DNA of 64,000 nt, taken from Candidatus Poribacteria bacterium. Lineage in GTDB: Bacteria > Poribacteria > WGA-4E > WGA-3G. The translations under genes were made by a program, and so were the position numbers. Numbering within the stretch: the first letter of the stretch is position 1; the number at the start of each line of letters is the position of its first letter. The stretch spans positions 14,546-78,545 of the forward strand of contig JAPOQK010000007.1 of NCBI GenBank assembly GCA_026710795.1. Direction: 5' to 3'. Below the pieces are notes generated by a model. The model was not told the origin of the DNA, did no database searches, and was given only the letters and a program-made list of their open reading frames with translations. Below are positions 46,280 to 55,273 of the stretch, piece after piece.

Positions 46280-49240
46280 TTATTCTTCAAGATTATAGTG
46301 AAGCATGCCGCGGTTTTCTGTTCCTACGTATAGGGTGTTTCCGTCAACAGCAAGTGAGGTAACGTGTTCAGGTATATCTGAAATGATCTGTTTGAAAGTA
46401 GCATTTTCCAAACGATATATGCCAGTATCTTTTGTAATACCGTAAAGCGTTGTGTCATCATCAGCCAAGTGTTCCATGATAAGGTTGGTTCCATTTGCAT
46501 CGGTGACGGTACTCCAATTTTTCCCATCGTCTGATGTAATGATACCTGCGTCAGTTGCTACGCATACGGTGGATCCCGCAACGACTATATCTTTGTAAGT
46601 TTTTACTTGAAACGGCAGACCCGGTGTGAGATCAACCCAGTTATTTCCCTTATTGAAGGATACGACAAGGCGTCCATCCCGTTTTCCGACGTAGACGGTG
46701 TCTCCTGATATGGCAAGTTTGAGATCTTTCCATGCTATTTCCCAAGACAACTCAGCAGTTTCTTCTTGTCCGATGGCTTGCCATTCTTTATCACCCGGTT
46801 CCCGTCGAAAGAGCTTAAAGTTGCACTCCATGTAGAATGTATCACCACTGACTGAAAATGGACCTTGTAATCCTCGCTCCATAAACGAATTTACACCCGG
46901 TTGGGGTTCTGCTACCAATTTCTTAAAGAACTGTGCTGCACCAGCATATTTTTCTTGTAACTTTTCTGCAAGTGGATTATTTCGCAATTCAAATTGGAGA
47001 TATGATGCACCTGATTTAAAAAATGGTCTGTCATGTATTGGTAGAAGCGTGATACTATTGGCTGATACACGATATAGCCGTAAGTCTTGATGTTGGTAGA
47101 AATCTCCACTTTTTGCGTAGATAACACCTCCAGATTTGACAATATGGGTGATTTTTGGGTACTCTATTCTATCAGACTCAGTCATAGGTACTTCAATTTG
47201 AACATTTGTCCAGGACTTTCCACCATCGGTAGTTTTTACTATCTCGTTTCCGCTTCTTCCATAAAGTGTATGAAGTGTGTTTGTCTTATTATCGGTTTTT
47301 TCCAATGCTATTATTTGATGGATTCCACCTACATTTTGAGTAATATTTACTTTATTCCAGGACGTACCACCATCAGTGGTACGTTGGAGACCGTCCATGC
47401 TCTGAATATAAAAGATATCCTTGTTACCTGCAGCAGCGGTTTTCCAAGTATTCATTTGAGGTGTGGTTTTCGCTAATTGTGGAGGCATCCATGTATTTCC
47501 ACTATCGGTAGAACGGACCATACCTCGTTCCATAACTAAGAGTGTATCACCTGCAGCAATAAGTTTGATATATGGACAGAGACCATTCACGGGCCAAGCG
47601 TTTGTTGGCGTTATATCTTCCCATGAATTTCCGAGGTCATTCGAGCGTAATATCCACCAACCACGCGCGAGTCCATTAGCGACTTTATTAGGATGTACCA
47701 CGTCGAAACTAACCATTACCGCAACATATAATATTTCTTGTGTTGCAGCAATTGATCGAACCTCTCCAATTATTGGGTCTGGGAACTTTATAGGTTCCCA
47801 ACTGTCAGCATTAAGACGGTGAAATCCGGTGTCCGTTACTGCAAACAAGGTGTTTTGTATATTGGTAACAGAAAAAACATGTGCCTGATCATATATTGAT
47901 TCCCATGTCTTACCTGCGTCCTCAGAACGAAAAATACCCTGTTCAAATGCAGCATAAAACACTTGATCTGTTAAGAACAAGCCACTTGGATCATATCTGT
48001 TTTGCCAAGAGTAGACCAAATCCCACGTCTTACCATCATCTTTTATAGCAAAAAGTTTGCCGGAAGTTAAAATGTAAAGGGTATTATTCCACTTCACGAG
48101 CGGTGAACTCGGATGATACGCAACCCCTAATGAATCAACATTAAAAATGTTTTTCCAAGAATTTCCATCTGCTTCCAATTTGTATATTTGTCTATTAGCA
48201 GCAAAAGTGTATATTTCTTCTGACGGTGTTGCATGTAAACTATATATATGACTGCCTTTGATAGGTTCAGCCTGAATCCACTGCTGTTTTGGCACAGAAA
48301 TGTTCTCTCCTTCGGCTTGTGCAGAAGCCAATAATATCTCATCGGGTTTCTGACCATTATTATCACTCTTACCAAGTGGATTTGTATTGCCAAGTTGATT
48401 TTGGACATCTACTTTTACTTCAAGATTTAGCACGTTAGGTGCATCAACGAGTTCAACCGTTGTCTCAGCTTGTGCATCTAAAGAATAAGGTTTCTGGAAA
48501 TGCACTAATTGTTGACTTCCTAATCCGAGTAGTAATACAATCAACAGAGCACTTGAAGTGGCGATAGCCCACGGCACCAAAGGTTTGCCTCCTGTAGGTG
48601 CAGCCGGTTTTAGTCGTGCGATTTCACGCATAATGTTTTCAGTGAGATGTGGTGTGATTTGGTAATACTCTAATGCTTCTCTTATCATGGGTTCCTCCTT
48701 TTGTAGGTGCTTGCGTGCGCGGTAGAGTCGGTTCTTAATTGCACTTACTGATACACCTAAAAACCTACTTATCTCTTCATACGTCATTCCCCCGAGGTAG
48801 TATAGCGTGACGACAGTGCGGTCACTCTCCTGTAACTTCGCAAGCAGTTTTTTGACCACTTCGCGTTTCGCCTCTACTGATGTCCGTTCGTTTTCCTCAA
48901 CTACATAACTGGAATAGGTTGCTTTTTCCAATTCTGCACTATCTGTAACTTCCAACGACTGTGTTAGCATACGCTTTTTCTTACGAAGCCACGTATTGCA
49001 TCGATTCACCACTATCACATAGAGCCAACTGGCAAAAGACTGTGGTTCCTTCAGTGTTGTTAGTTCCTGATATGCCTTTAGAAATGTTTCCTGTGTGATA
49101 TCCTCAGCGATGTGGAAATCTTGAATCTTACGCCATGCAAGTGCGTGCACAGACTTCCGGTATTTTCGGACGAGTTCTGAGAATGCAGTATCATCGCCAT
49201 CACGGACACGTTGGATGAGTTCTACATCGGCATTTTTCAT
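46280..49240 (-). CDS. ECF sigma-70 factor fused via one TM helix to a BNR/Asp-box beta-propeller domain (paralog 3)
   Basis: The start was set at MKNADVELIQRV (49240) by alignment with paralogs 1 and 2; it shares the RBS context cagaggtatccgATG with paralog 2. About eight Asp-boxes. The track ORF extends to 49270. Confidence 0.85.
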   Translation of the reverse strand: MKNADVELIQRVRDGDDTAFSELVRKYRKSVHALAWRKIQDFHIAEDITQETFLKAYQELTTLKEPQSFASWLYVIVVNRCNTWLRKKKRMLTQSLEVTDSAELEKATYSSYVVEENERTSVEAKREVVKKLLAKLQESDRTVVTLYYLGGMTYEEISRFLGVSVSAIKNRLYRARKHLQKEEPMIREALEYYQITPHLTENIMREIARLKPAAPTGGKPLVPWAIATSSALLIVLLLGLGSQQLVHFQKPYSLDAQAETTVELVDAPNVLNLEVKVDVQNQLGNTNPLGKSDNNGQKPDEILLASAQAEGENISVPKQQWIQAEPIKGSHIYSLHATPSEEIYTFAANRQIYKLEADGNSWKNIFNVDSLGVAYHPSSPLVKWNNTLYILTSGKLFAIKDDGKTWDLVYSWQNRYDPSGLFLTDQVFYAAFEQGIFRSEDAGKTWESIYDQAHVFSVTNIQNTLFAVTDTGFHRLNADSWEPIKFPDPIIGEVRSIAATQEILYVAVMVSFDVVHPNKVANGLARGWWILRSNDLGNSWEDITPTNAWPVNGLCPYIKLIAAGDTLLVMERGMVRSTDSGNTWMPPQLAKTTPQMNTWKTAAAGNKDIFYIQSMDGLQRTTDGGTSWNKVNITQNVGGIHQIIALEKTDNKTNTLHTLYGRSGNEIVKTTDGGKSWTNVQIEVPMTESDRIEYPKITHIVKSGGVIYAKSGDFYQHQDLRLYRVSANSITLLPIHDRPFFKSGASYLQFELRNNPLAEKLQEKYAGAAQFFKKLVAEPQPGVNSFMERGLQGPFSVSGDTFYMECNFKLFRREPGDKEWQAIGQEETAELSWEIAWKDLKLAISGDTVYVGKRDGRLVVSFNKGNNWVDLTPGLPFQVKTYKDIVVAGSTVCVATDAGIITSDDGKNWSTVTDANGTNLIMEHLADDDTTLYGITKDTGIYRLENATFKQIISDIPEHVTSLAVDGNTLYVGTENRGMLHYNLEE

Positions 49241-49416
49241 CGGATACCTCTGACATGGGGAGTTCATCATTTCATATCTATATGTAATGACGCATTTGGG
49301 AGAGAAAAAGTCTCATAATTCTGAATGTTTTGGAGTAAACTTAGATGGAGAAGGTTGGTTCATGAAATACAAGGATATGTTCAGTTTAAAATCGGGTATT
49401 GTTTTGTAGAAGGGCA

Positions 49417-50667
49417 TCATTTTTGCGATCCTTCGGGTGCGGATATCACATAAGCAAAGTTTTTACCGATTGCAATACTTATCGGATGACTTGCCTGAAG
49501 TGGTGTGGTAGATAACCAATTATCTCTTTGCCCTTCTATAGAAAGGCTGAAAATAGAGAAGAATCCTTTAGCGTTAACTATGTAAAGCATATTCTCCAGA
49601 ATTTGAAAATCCGTGACAGATCCCATCAATCGTTTGGTGTTAACCTTTATTTTTTTGTCTGATGAATCTTGGTCGATTTGCAGCATTTTTCCAGAATTGA
49701 CAGTATACCTATTCGTTGGTTTTCCGCGAGCGAGTGTCTTTTGTCCTGTCGCGTTGAGATGGTTGAGATAGCTGTAATCCGCTTTAAAGTAACCCAAACT
49801 TTGACTATGACTAAGATTATTCATTTTTTTTGCCGCAGAAATCAATAAATCACATGTTGGATCTTTCAAGCTTTCCATGACAAGAAAATTTGACGATGCG
49901 CGGACTTTCTCTCCTCTGCTGCTGTGGAGTTGTAATAAACCACGTTTAGATAAGAGCGTTTCCGAAAGAACATCAGGGATAGTGGGTGTAGTCGGGAGCT
50001 TAATCTGTTTTACTTTAGGAACTTCGACATCCGGACTAAGCAACCACCAACGGTTCATTAGTTTCTCGGATATGACTGGGAGAGCATATCCGGTATGTAG
50101 CGAATAAATGTGTAGGGAGTCATTTTCTCCTACAGCATACAAATGCTCGTCACGAATATCAATGTCTATGATTGCTTTTCGATCAGATAGGTAATTGGTA
50201 GATTGAAGTGTTGGCTGGGATGGTTTTGAAACATTAACGATATGAAACTTTTTAGGACTTGCTACAACGAGAAGATTTCCAGATGAAAGCACTTTTCCGA
50301 TTTTATCTTTAAAAGTAAGGGTTGTCAGATAAGATGGAAACTGTGGTATGGAAATATCAATGACGTGAAGATGCTTTTCGGTTGTGACATACGCGTGCTT
50401 TCCTGCGAAAACAACGGTATTGTTTGGATTGACGCGATACGGTAATCGGATAGAAGCAGCGAGTGTTGGGTATTCTAAATCCTCTATCTCTATTACAGTG
50501 AAGATACTACCATCTGTTTTGGCAGGAGTCGGTTTAGGTTTTTGAGGTGGCTCAAGTGCGTTTTTTGGGTTCTGTTCAATTGTGCTTAGACCACACCCAA
50601 TGTAAAAAAACGCAGGGAGTATCAACGTTAGAAATATAATAATCAGTTTTGTAAATTGTTTTGTCAT
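49417..50667 (-). CDS. Lipoprotein with LVIVD-like beta-propeller repeats
   Basis: 416 aa with lipobox FYIGC. Repeated pattern: AGKHAYVTTEKHLHVIDISIPQFP, GNLLVVASPKKFHIVNVSKPSQP and DEHLYAVGENDSLHIYSL. Confidence 0.55.
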   Translation of the reverse strand: MTKQFTKLIIIFLTLILPAFFYIGCGLSTIEQNPKNALEPPQKPKPTPAKTDGSIFTVIEIEDLEYPTLAASIRLPYRVNPNNTVVFAGKHAYVTTEKHLHVIDISIPQFPSYLTTLTFKDKIGKVLSSGNLLVVASPKKFHIVNVSKPSQPTLQSTNYLSDRKAIIDIDIRDEHLYAVGENDSLHIYSLHTGYALPVISEKLMNRWWLLSPDVEVPKVKQIKLPTTPTIPDVLSETLLSKRGLLQLHSSRGEKVRASSNFLVMESLKDPTCDLLISAAKKMNNLSHSQSLGYFKADYSYLNHLNATGQKTLARGKPTNRYTVNSGKMLQIDQDSSDKKIKVNTKRLMGSVTDFQILENMLYIVNAKGFFSIFSLSIEGQRDNWLSTTPLQASHPISIAIGKNFAYVISAPEGSQK

Positions 50668-50752
50668 TGCTGTCTCCTATTTTGTTATAATTTCAACCTT
50701 GTAAAGATTAGCGGGTGTGTATAGGTCGAGCGGAGCGAAATGAAACCCATAT

Positions 50753-50911
50753 GTGTCAATTTAAGAAAATTTGCTGGACTCTTTCTTGTAGGAGCGACCT
50801 CCTGGTCGCGATAAAGGTGCATATATCGCGACCGGGAGGTCGCTCCTACAGAATGTGAGATGTCGGAGGTCGCTTTGCTCGCTCCGACCTACGAAGAACT
50901 TAAATTGACAC
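50753..50911. mobile_element. MITE-like element (159 bp) with perfect 13-bp TIRs carrying REP-like units
   Basis: TIRs are gtgtcaatttaag (50753-50765) and cttaaattgacac (50899-50911). An internal 26-bp palindrome is gtaggagcgacctcctggtcgcgat / atcgcgaccgggaggtcgctcctac. The left TIR motif recurs at 7403-7415. Confidence 0.75.
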
Positions 50912-50949
50912 CTGTGGGTAGAGAGAAGCGAACCTATACCTGTTATTTT

Positions 50950-51365
50950 GCCGTTACATTGTTCATCTGTATGTGCTATAAATTGTGACGTTTTGCACGT
51001 CACCTGTGACTTAAAGAATTCAGTCAGGACAAGGAATGTGACGCGAATTTCACGTTTTTTTATTGCTGCTTTTTCGGTTGTGTACTGCTCAATCCTATCT
51101 TCATAATTTGTTATACATGGCAACAATAGCTACAGATTATATGGTATGCGATGCCAATAAAAGACTTTTGTGTCACAGCAACCACACACTACAAACCATG
51201 TTTATTTTAGATTATTCCTCCTTTTTGTATATCTAACTTGTGTCGTTGGTACACACTTACATTCTAAACACTTGTTAATTATAGAGTATCTTTTTGTGTG
51301 TGTCAAATTAAAAAGTGAAATGTTTTATTGGATATATGTTGGTATTTTATAGGTATTATATTGTG
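50950..51365. repeat. Promoter-plus-leader repeat, copy B (homologous to 7050-7340, with an insertion of about 110 bp)
   Basis: It has the same conserved blocks as copy A, in the same order and orientation. Confidence 0.8.
51278..51306 (-). promoter_or_regulatory. Consensus promoter TTGACA-N17-TATAAT reading toward the LVIVD lipoprotein gene
   Basis: The plus strand has attata at 51278-51283 and tgtcaa at 51301-51306 with a 17-nt spacer. Confidence 0.6.
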
Positions 51366-51409
51366 TTTGTCTGAATCATGTTTACCAAATCAAGAATCAG
51401 AAATATTTT

Positions 51410-51560
51410 CTTAAGTTGCTACCTACAAAATCTTAGACATGCGGATACTGTTTTAATCAAAAAGGGGTATTATTCTCGAAAATATTGTAGCACAAACTGT
51501 TCGTTTGCGTCTATTCGGACACAATCTAACAGATTGTGCTACATTATGTAGCAAATTGAG
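51410..51560 (+). mobile_element. Second copy of the 150-bp MITE (degenerate TIRs)
   Basis: It aligns over its full length with the reverse complement of 9813-9966 and carries the same two internal hairpins. TIRs match at 9/11, and no clear TSD is visible. Confidence 0.75.
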
Positions 51561-51741
51561 TTAATATACAAAAACTGATAATTCTTAACACTAAATCTGC
51601 CTATACATATTTGCAAAACAACATATCCTTAAGTAAAATTATTGTATCTCAATTTTGTATGTTTTGCTATAATACCCGAAATTGCAGGAAGTACTTGCAA
51701 ATAATGGCTTATACTGATCCATAATAGCAAGGAGGCTTGTT

Positions 51742-52197
51742 ATGTTTGGAAAGAAAAAGAAAACAGCACTGATCCCAACGATTAGTTCTGCGGTTTCAGG
51801 TCCTCTGGGTGTATTACATCTACCCAGATTCTGGTCTAAGGTATTGATGGATGCAAAGGGTGTCCTTCACGCAGATTATCCGGCATGTGGAGCTGGGTAT
51901 GATCAGATGGTGTTGGACGGTCTTGGACTTGATAAGGATACAACGCTTGCATATATCCGAGATAACTCCCCTACCTATCCTCAATTTGAGGCATGGGTTT
52001 TGGAACAGAAAGGTGGTAGTCTTGATGCTGATGCCGTCGCTGAATTGAATGCTGCTATTGAGGGGTATCATCACGATGATGATACACGCACAAGTATTCT
52101 TGGTGCAAGTGGTATTGATGACGATGGCTCGATTTTAAATGCTGTCAACCTTAACAATCTTGATGATTGGTATGAATTTCATGCAAGTTTAGACTAA
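51742..52197 (+). CDS. DUF5069-like protein
   Basis: 151 aa with RBS aaggagg. GVLHLPRFWSKVLMDAKG.LHADYPACGAGYDQMVLDGLGL matches my recollection of DUF5069. Confidence 0.55.
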   Translation: MFGKKKKTALIPTISSAVSGPLGVLHLPRFWSKVLMDAKGVLHADYPACGAGYDQMVLDGLGLDKDTTLAYIRDNSPTYPQFEAWVLEQKGGSLDADAVAELNAAIEGYHHDDDTRTSILGASGIDDDGSILNAVNLNNLDDWYEFHASLD

Positions 52198-52212
52198 TGT
52201 TATAAATGTAAT

Positions 52213-52262
52213 GGCATTTTCATGTAAGTACGGATGTTGATTACATGAAAATGCCTTTTTTG
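52213..52262. terminator. Bidirectional rho-independent terminator between convergent genes
   Basis: Stem ggcattttcatgtaa / ttacatgaaaatgcc (15 bp) followed by ttttttt. Confidence 0.8.
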
Positions 52263-52266
52263 TTGT

Positions 52267-53325
52267 CTACTTATCTGCTACTGACGTTAGTTCGACTGCG
52301 CTGCCCTTTTCGGATGATTCAAGTCCAGCGAGTAAAATTTCAGTAACATGCCGTGCTGTATAGACATTGGAGAGTGGTGGTTGTGTTCCTGCACGGATAT
52401 GTTCTGCGAAATGTGCATGCATCCCGCTTGGTGCAGCGTCGCTACAGTCAATCGCTTGGGTTTCAACAGGGGCATGTTCACGTGTGTAGGAGGTGGGTGT
52501 GTACTGTGTGAGTGCTGCGCCATCTTTTCCGGGCATTGTGAACTTACCAGCAGTACCGTGTATGCTCGATTCACCTGTTCGTGCGGGGTCACACCAGCTT
52601 GTTTCTGCTGTCACAATTCCTCCCGATTCCATCTCAAGCACAAGTGTTGCGACATCTTCTAACTCTGTCGGTTTGTCAAAGGTGGATACGAAACCTGTCA
52701 CACGTTTGAAAGTTCCGAGCATTGCAACGAGCCCTGAGACAGCATAGACTCCCATATCAAAGAGTGCGCCGACACTTGCTTGTTTTGCGTCAAAGAACCA
52801 CAAGTCGTCATCAGTTTCACCAAATATGTCTTTGATTTCGGCATAGTATATCTCTGGGCCGCCGTGACTACTTCGCATTCTCGCACCTGATACGCGTCCA
52901 ATGGCATTCTCAGCGATGAGTTGACGGACTTTGTATATACCTGAATGGAAATGTGGTAGGCACATGACTGTTTTGCCACTTGCTTCTGCAGCATCAACGA
53001 ATTGATTTGCTTCATCCATTTCACCGCAAAGCGGTTTTTGCATCAATACATGTTTGCCTGCTTCCAATGCTTTTACTCCCCATGGCACATGTAGCGGATG
53101 TGGTGTTCCGGCAAGGATAGCATCAAGTGTATCGTCTGCAATGATGGCATCGTAGTCTTGAGTCCAGCGTGGAATTTCAAATTCTTGGCATTGATGTTTT
53201 AGTCGGTGTTCACGTCTGCCACCGATAACACTGATTTCAAAATCTTCGCCTTTTTTTATATCAGGGAGATGCATTCGGCAGACAATACCGCCAGCACCAA
53301 TAACTCCGAGTTTTAGTTTATCCAT
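52267..53325 (-). CDS. Gfo/Idh/MocA-family NAD(P)-dependent oxidoreductase
   Basis: 352 aa with N-terminal Rossmann motif KLGVIGAGGI and the motif EKP-like QKPL. Confidence 0.85.
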   Translation of the reverse strand: MDKLKLGVIGAGGIVCRMHLPDIKKGEDFEISVIGGRREHRLKHQCQEFEIPRWTQDYDAIIADDTLDAILAGTPHPLHVPWGVKALEAGKHVLMQKPLCGEMDEANQFVDAAEASGKTVMCLPHFHSGIYKVRQLIAENAIGRVSGARMRSSHGGPEIYYAEIKDIFGETDDDLWFFDAKQASVGALFDMGVYAVSGLVAMLGTFKRVTGFVSTFDKPTELEDVATLVLEMESGGIVTAETSWCDPARTGESSIHGTAGKFTMPGKDGAALTQYTPTSYTREHAPVETQAIDCSDAAPSGMHAHFAEHIRAGTQPPLSNVYTARHVTEILLAGLESSEKGSAVELTSVADK

Positions 53326-53342
53326 AGTTTTCCTAATTCCTT

Positions 53343-54002
53343 TTAGTTGTTGATCGGTGTCAATACGACGTTGCGATATGCAACCGGACCGTGATCACCT
53401 TGTAGCAGCAAAGGTCCTGTTTTTCCTTCGTCTTCTAACATTGCCCCACGAGTGACTCCTGCGACTTCAACGTTTTCGTGAACTATTTGTCCATTCCAGA
53501 CGACTTTGACGAAGGTGGCATTTGCAGTTTTGTTGTTGTTTGCATCAAATTTTGGGGCGCGGAAGGTAATATCATAGGTTTGCCATTCACCCGGCGGTTT
53601 GCTGGCATTGACACGGGGAGGCACACCATCAACAGGTTTGTTGTCAATCCAACGACAATAGACCCCTCCACATGTGCCATAGTTAAGTTCTGTTGCACCC
53701 CAACTGTCCAATATCTGTATCTCATATCTACCCATCACATATACACCAGAGTTTGAACCTTGTGGAACCATAAATTCCACGTGTAGTTCACAATCACCGT
53801 GCTCATATTCTGTGTAGAGGTCGGCTGTTCGTCCTGTGGGACCGTTGTAGAATATTCCTTCACCAGGGGTTGCTGTTAGTAGCTTATTATCTTCTGAATT
53901 GAGTGCGATTCCCCCGATAGCAGACCATGCATGTTCGGATGCACCGCCTCTGGCGTGCCAATCATCAAGGTTTTTACCATTAAATAGGGCAACTTGTGCC
54001 AT
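53343..54002 (-). CDS. DUF1080 (3-keto-disaccharide hydrolase-like) protein
   Basis: 219 aa with LFNGKNLDDWH, D.ELHVEF..P.GSNSGVY, YEIQILDS, PGEWQTYDI and LQGDHGPVAYRNV. Confidence 0.8.
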   Translation of the reverse strand: MAQVALFNGKNLDDWHARGGASEHAWSAIGGIALNSEDNKLLTATPGEGIFYNGPTGRTADLYTEYEHGDCELHVEFMVPQGSNSGVYVMGRYEIQILDSWGATELNYGTCGGVYCRWIDNKPVDGVPPRVNASKPPGEWQTYDITFRAPKFDANNNKTANATFVKVVWNGQIVHENVEVAGVTRGAMLEDEGKTGPLLLQGDHGPVAYRNVVLTPINN

Positions 54003-54090
54003 AAGTATCCTCCATACGTATATTATAGGTTACTTCAAGTCATTTATTCAGAGTCATTCAGTTTCGTTAATTCGTAGGTATTGTTGTAAA

Positions 54091-54154
54091 TTCGCGACCA
54101 GGAAATCAACGGTATGAATACCATTTAGGCATTCCCCGGGTCGCTCCTACAGAA
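54091..54154. repeat. REP-like unit with an expanded loop
   Basis: ttcgcgacc ... gggtcgctcctacagaa, preceded by ttcgtaggt, the reverse complement of the acctacgaa block seen in the other copies. Confidence 0.6.
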
Positions 54155-54326
54155 AAGTGAAAGATTTTGAAAATCATATTTTTTGGATATCTGAATGGTT
54201 CTGATTTACACAAACTTTTCATTGACAAATTTTGAAAAATGATATACTCTTAAACGAAAATCAACATTATATCTGTTAAAGAAAATATCAGTATGCAGAA
54301 AATAATTCAAGGACATTGTTAGATTT

Positions 54327-55265
54327 ATGAAACAAGCATTCTTATTATTTGTTTTGTCCTTATTGATGGGTGTACTCGTCGTTTTGGGAATTGCGGCACT
54401 TCAAGCGGATACTACAAAGGCTGAGAACAGTACACCGCAGGCTGAGAACAGTACACCGCAGAATGGGAAGACACCCTTTGCTGAAGGATGCGACAAGTGT
54501 CACGGAGACAAAACCGCCTATAAAGAATGGACGCAGGCTGGACATTCACATGCGCTTGTGAATCTTCTTGAGGGTAAGTATGAAGTGCGGACATCCTGTC
54601 TGAGTTGTCACTCATCGGGATATGAAATTTTCGCTGAATACGGCATACCTGATCACCCGTATAACGAGAAAACGGCAGTAAATGCGGTTGCTTGTTCTTC
54701 TTGTCATTCCCATTCCAGCAAAGAGGAACATTTATTAGTACTTCCAGCTAAAAAACTATGTGTTACCTGCCATAAAATGGACTGCGGGTGTGCGGGTGCA
54801 GGAGTTATTCACCAATCACAAACGGAGATGTTTTTGGGTCGCGAAGGTGCGGGTGTAAAACGTATGCCATCGCCGCATGTGCGTGCTATGAAAAAGCGGT
54901 GTGTTCACTGTCACATGGCAAAGGTCGAGAAAAAAGACGAGAAGGAAGTTGAGACAAAACATGGTGGTCACACTTTCAAGGCAGATTTCTCGGGTTGCAG
55001 CAGTGCTGGGTGCCATGATAGTGCTGACAACGATATGACGAAGAAACTCCCTATGTATCGTGCTGAAATTGATGCAATGATGAAGGAAGTCAAAAGCATT
55101 CTTGACAATACTGCAGACAAGACTTCACAAGCCTATATTGACGCGAAGTTAAACTACGACATGGTGAAAGGAGATAGCGGTTACGGGCTGCACAATATAC
55201 CTTATGCGCGTGCTTTGTTAGAACACAGCCTTTCTCTAAAACCGCAGTTAATCAGTACGGAATAG
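54327..55265 (+). CDS. Membrane-anchored or secreted multihaem c-type cytochrome (about six haems)
   Basis: 312 aa with an N-terminal hydrophobic anchor. Five CxxCH motifs (CDKCH, CLSCH, CSSCH, CVTCH, CVHCH) plus one CX4CH (CSSAGCH). Confidence 0.85.
   Translation: MKQAFLLFVLSLLMGVLVVLGIAALQADTTKAENSTPQAENSTPQNGKTPFAEGCDKCHGDKTAYKEWTQAGHSHALVNLLEGKYEVRTSCLSCHSSGYEIFAEYGIPDHPYNEKTAVNAVACSSCHSHSSKEEHLLVLPAKKLCVTCHKMDCGCAGAGVIHQSQTEMFLGREGAGVKRMPSPHVRAMKKRCVHCHMAKVEKKDEKEVETKHGGHTFKADFSGCSSAGCHDSADNDMTKKLPMYRAEIDAMMKEVKSILDNTADKTSQAYIDAKLNYDMVKGDSGYGLHNIPYARALLEHSLSLKPQLISTE
54420..54461 (+). repeat. Perfect 2 x 21-bp in-frame tandem duplication (AENSTPQ x2)
   Basis: gctgagaacagtacaccgcag occurs twice consecutively, in the linker after the cytochrome anchor. 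Confidence 0.95.
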
Positions 55266-55273
55266 TGTTAACT

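Noticed and set aside
50761-51126. 121-aa ORF on the minus strand
   Set aside because: It spans the TIR-bounded MITE (50753-50911) and the leader repeat (copy B). A reading frame running through non-coding repeats with no start context is not treated as coding.
7641-51545. Possible CRISPR array, suggested by the recurring palindrome gcacaatctaacagattgtgc (7668, 9836, 51523)
   Set aside because: The copies are tens of kb apart and not regularly spaced with unique spacers. Each sits inside a MITE or MITE fragment. No cas genes are in the window.
54222-54248. Promoter TTGACA ... TGATATACT upstream of the cytochrome gene
   Set aside because: The hexamers are good, but the spacer is only 15 nt by my count. 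An extended -10 (TGn) might compensate, but I did not list it as a feature.
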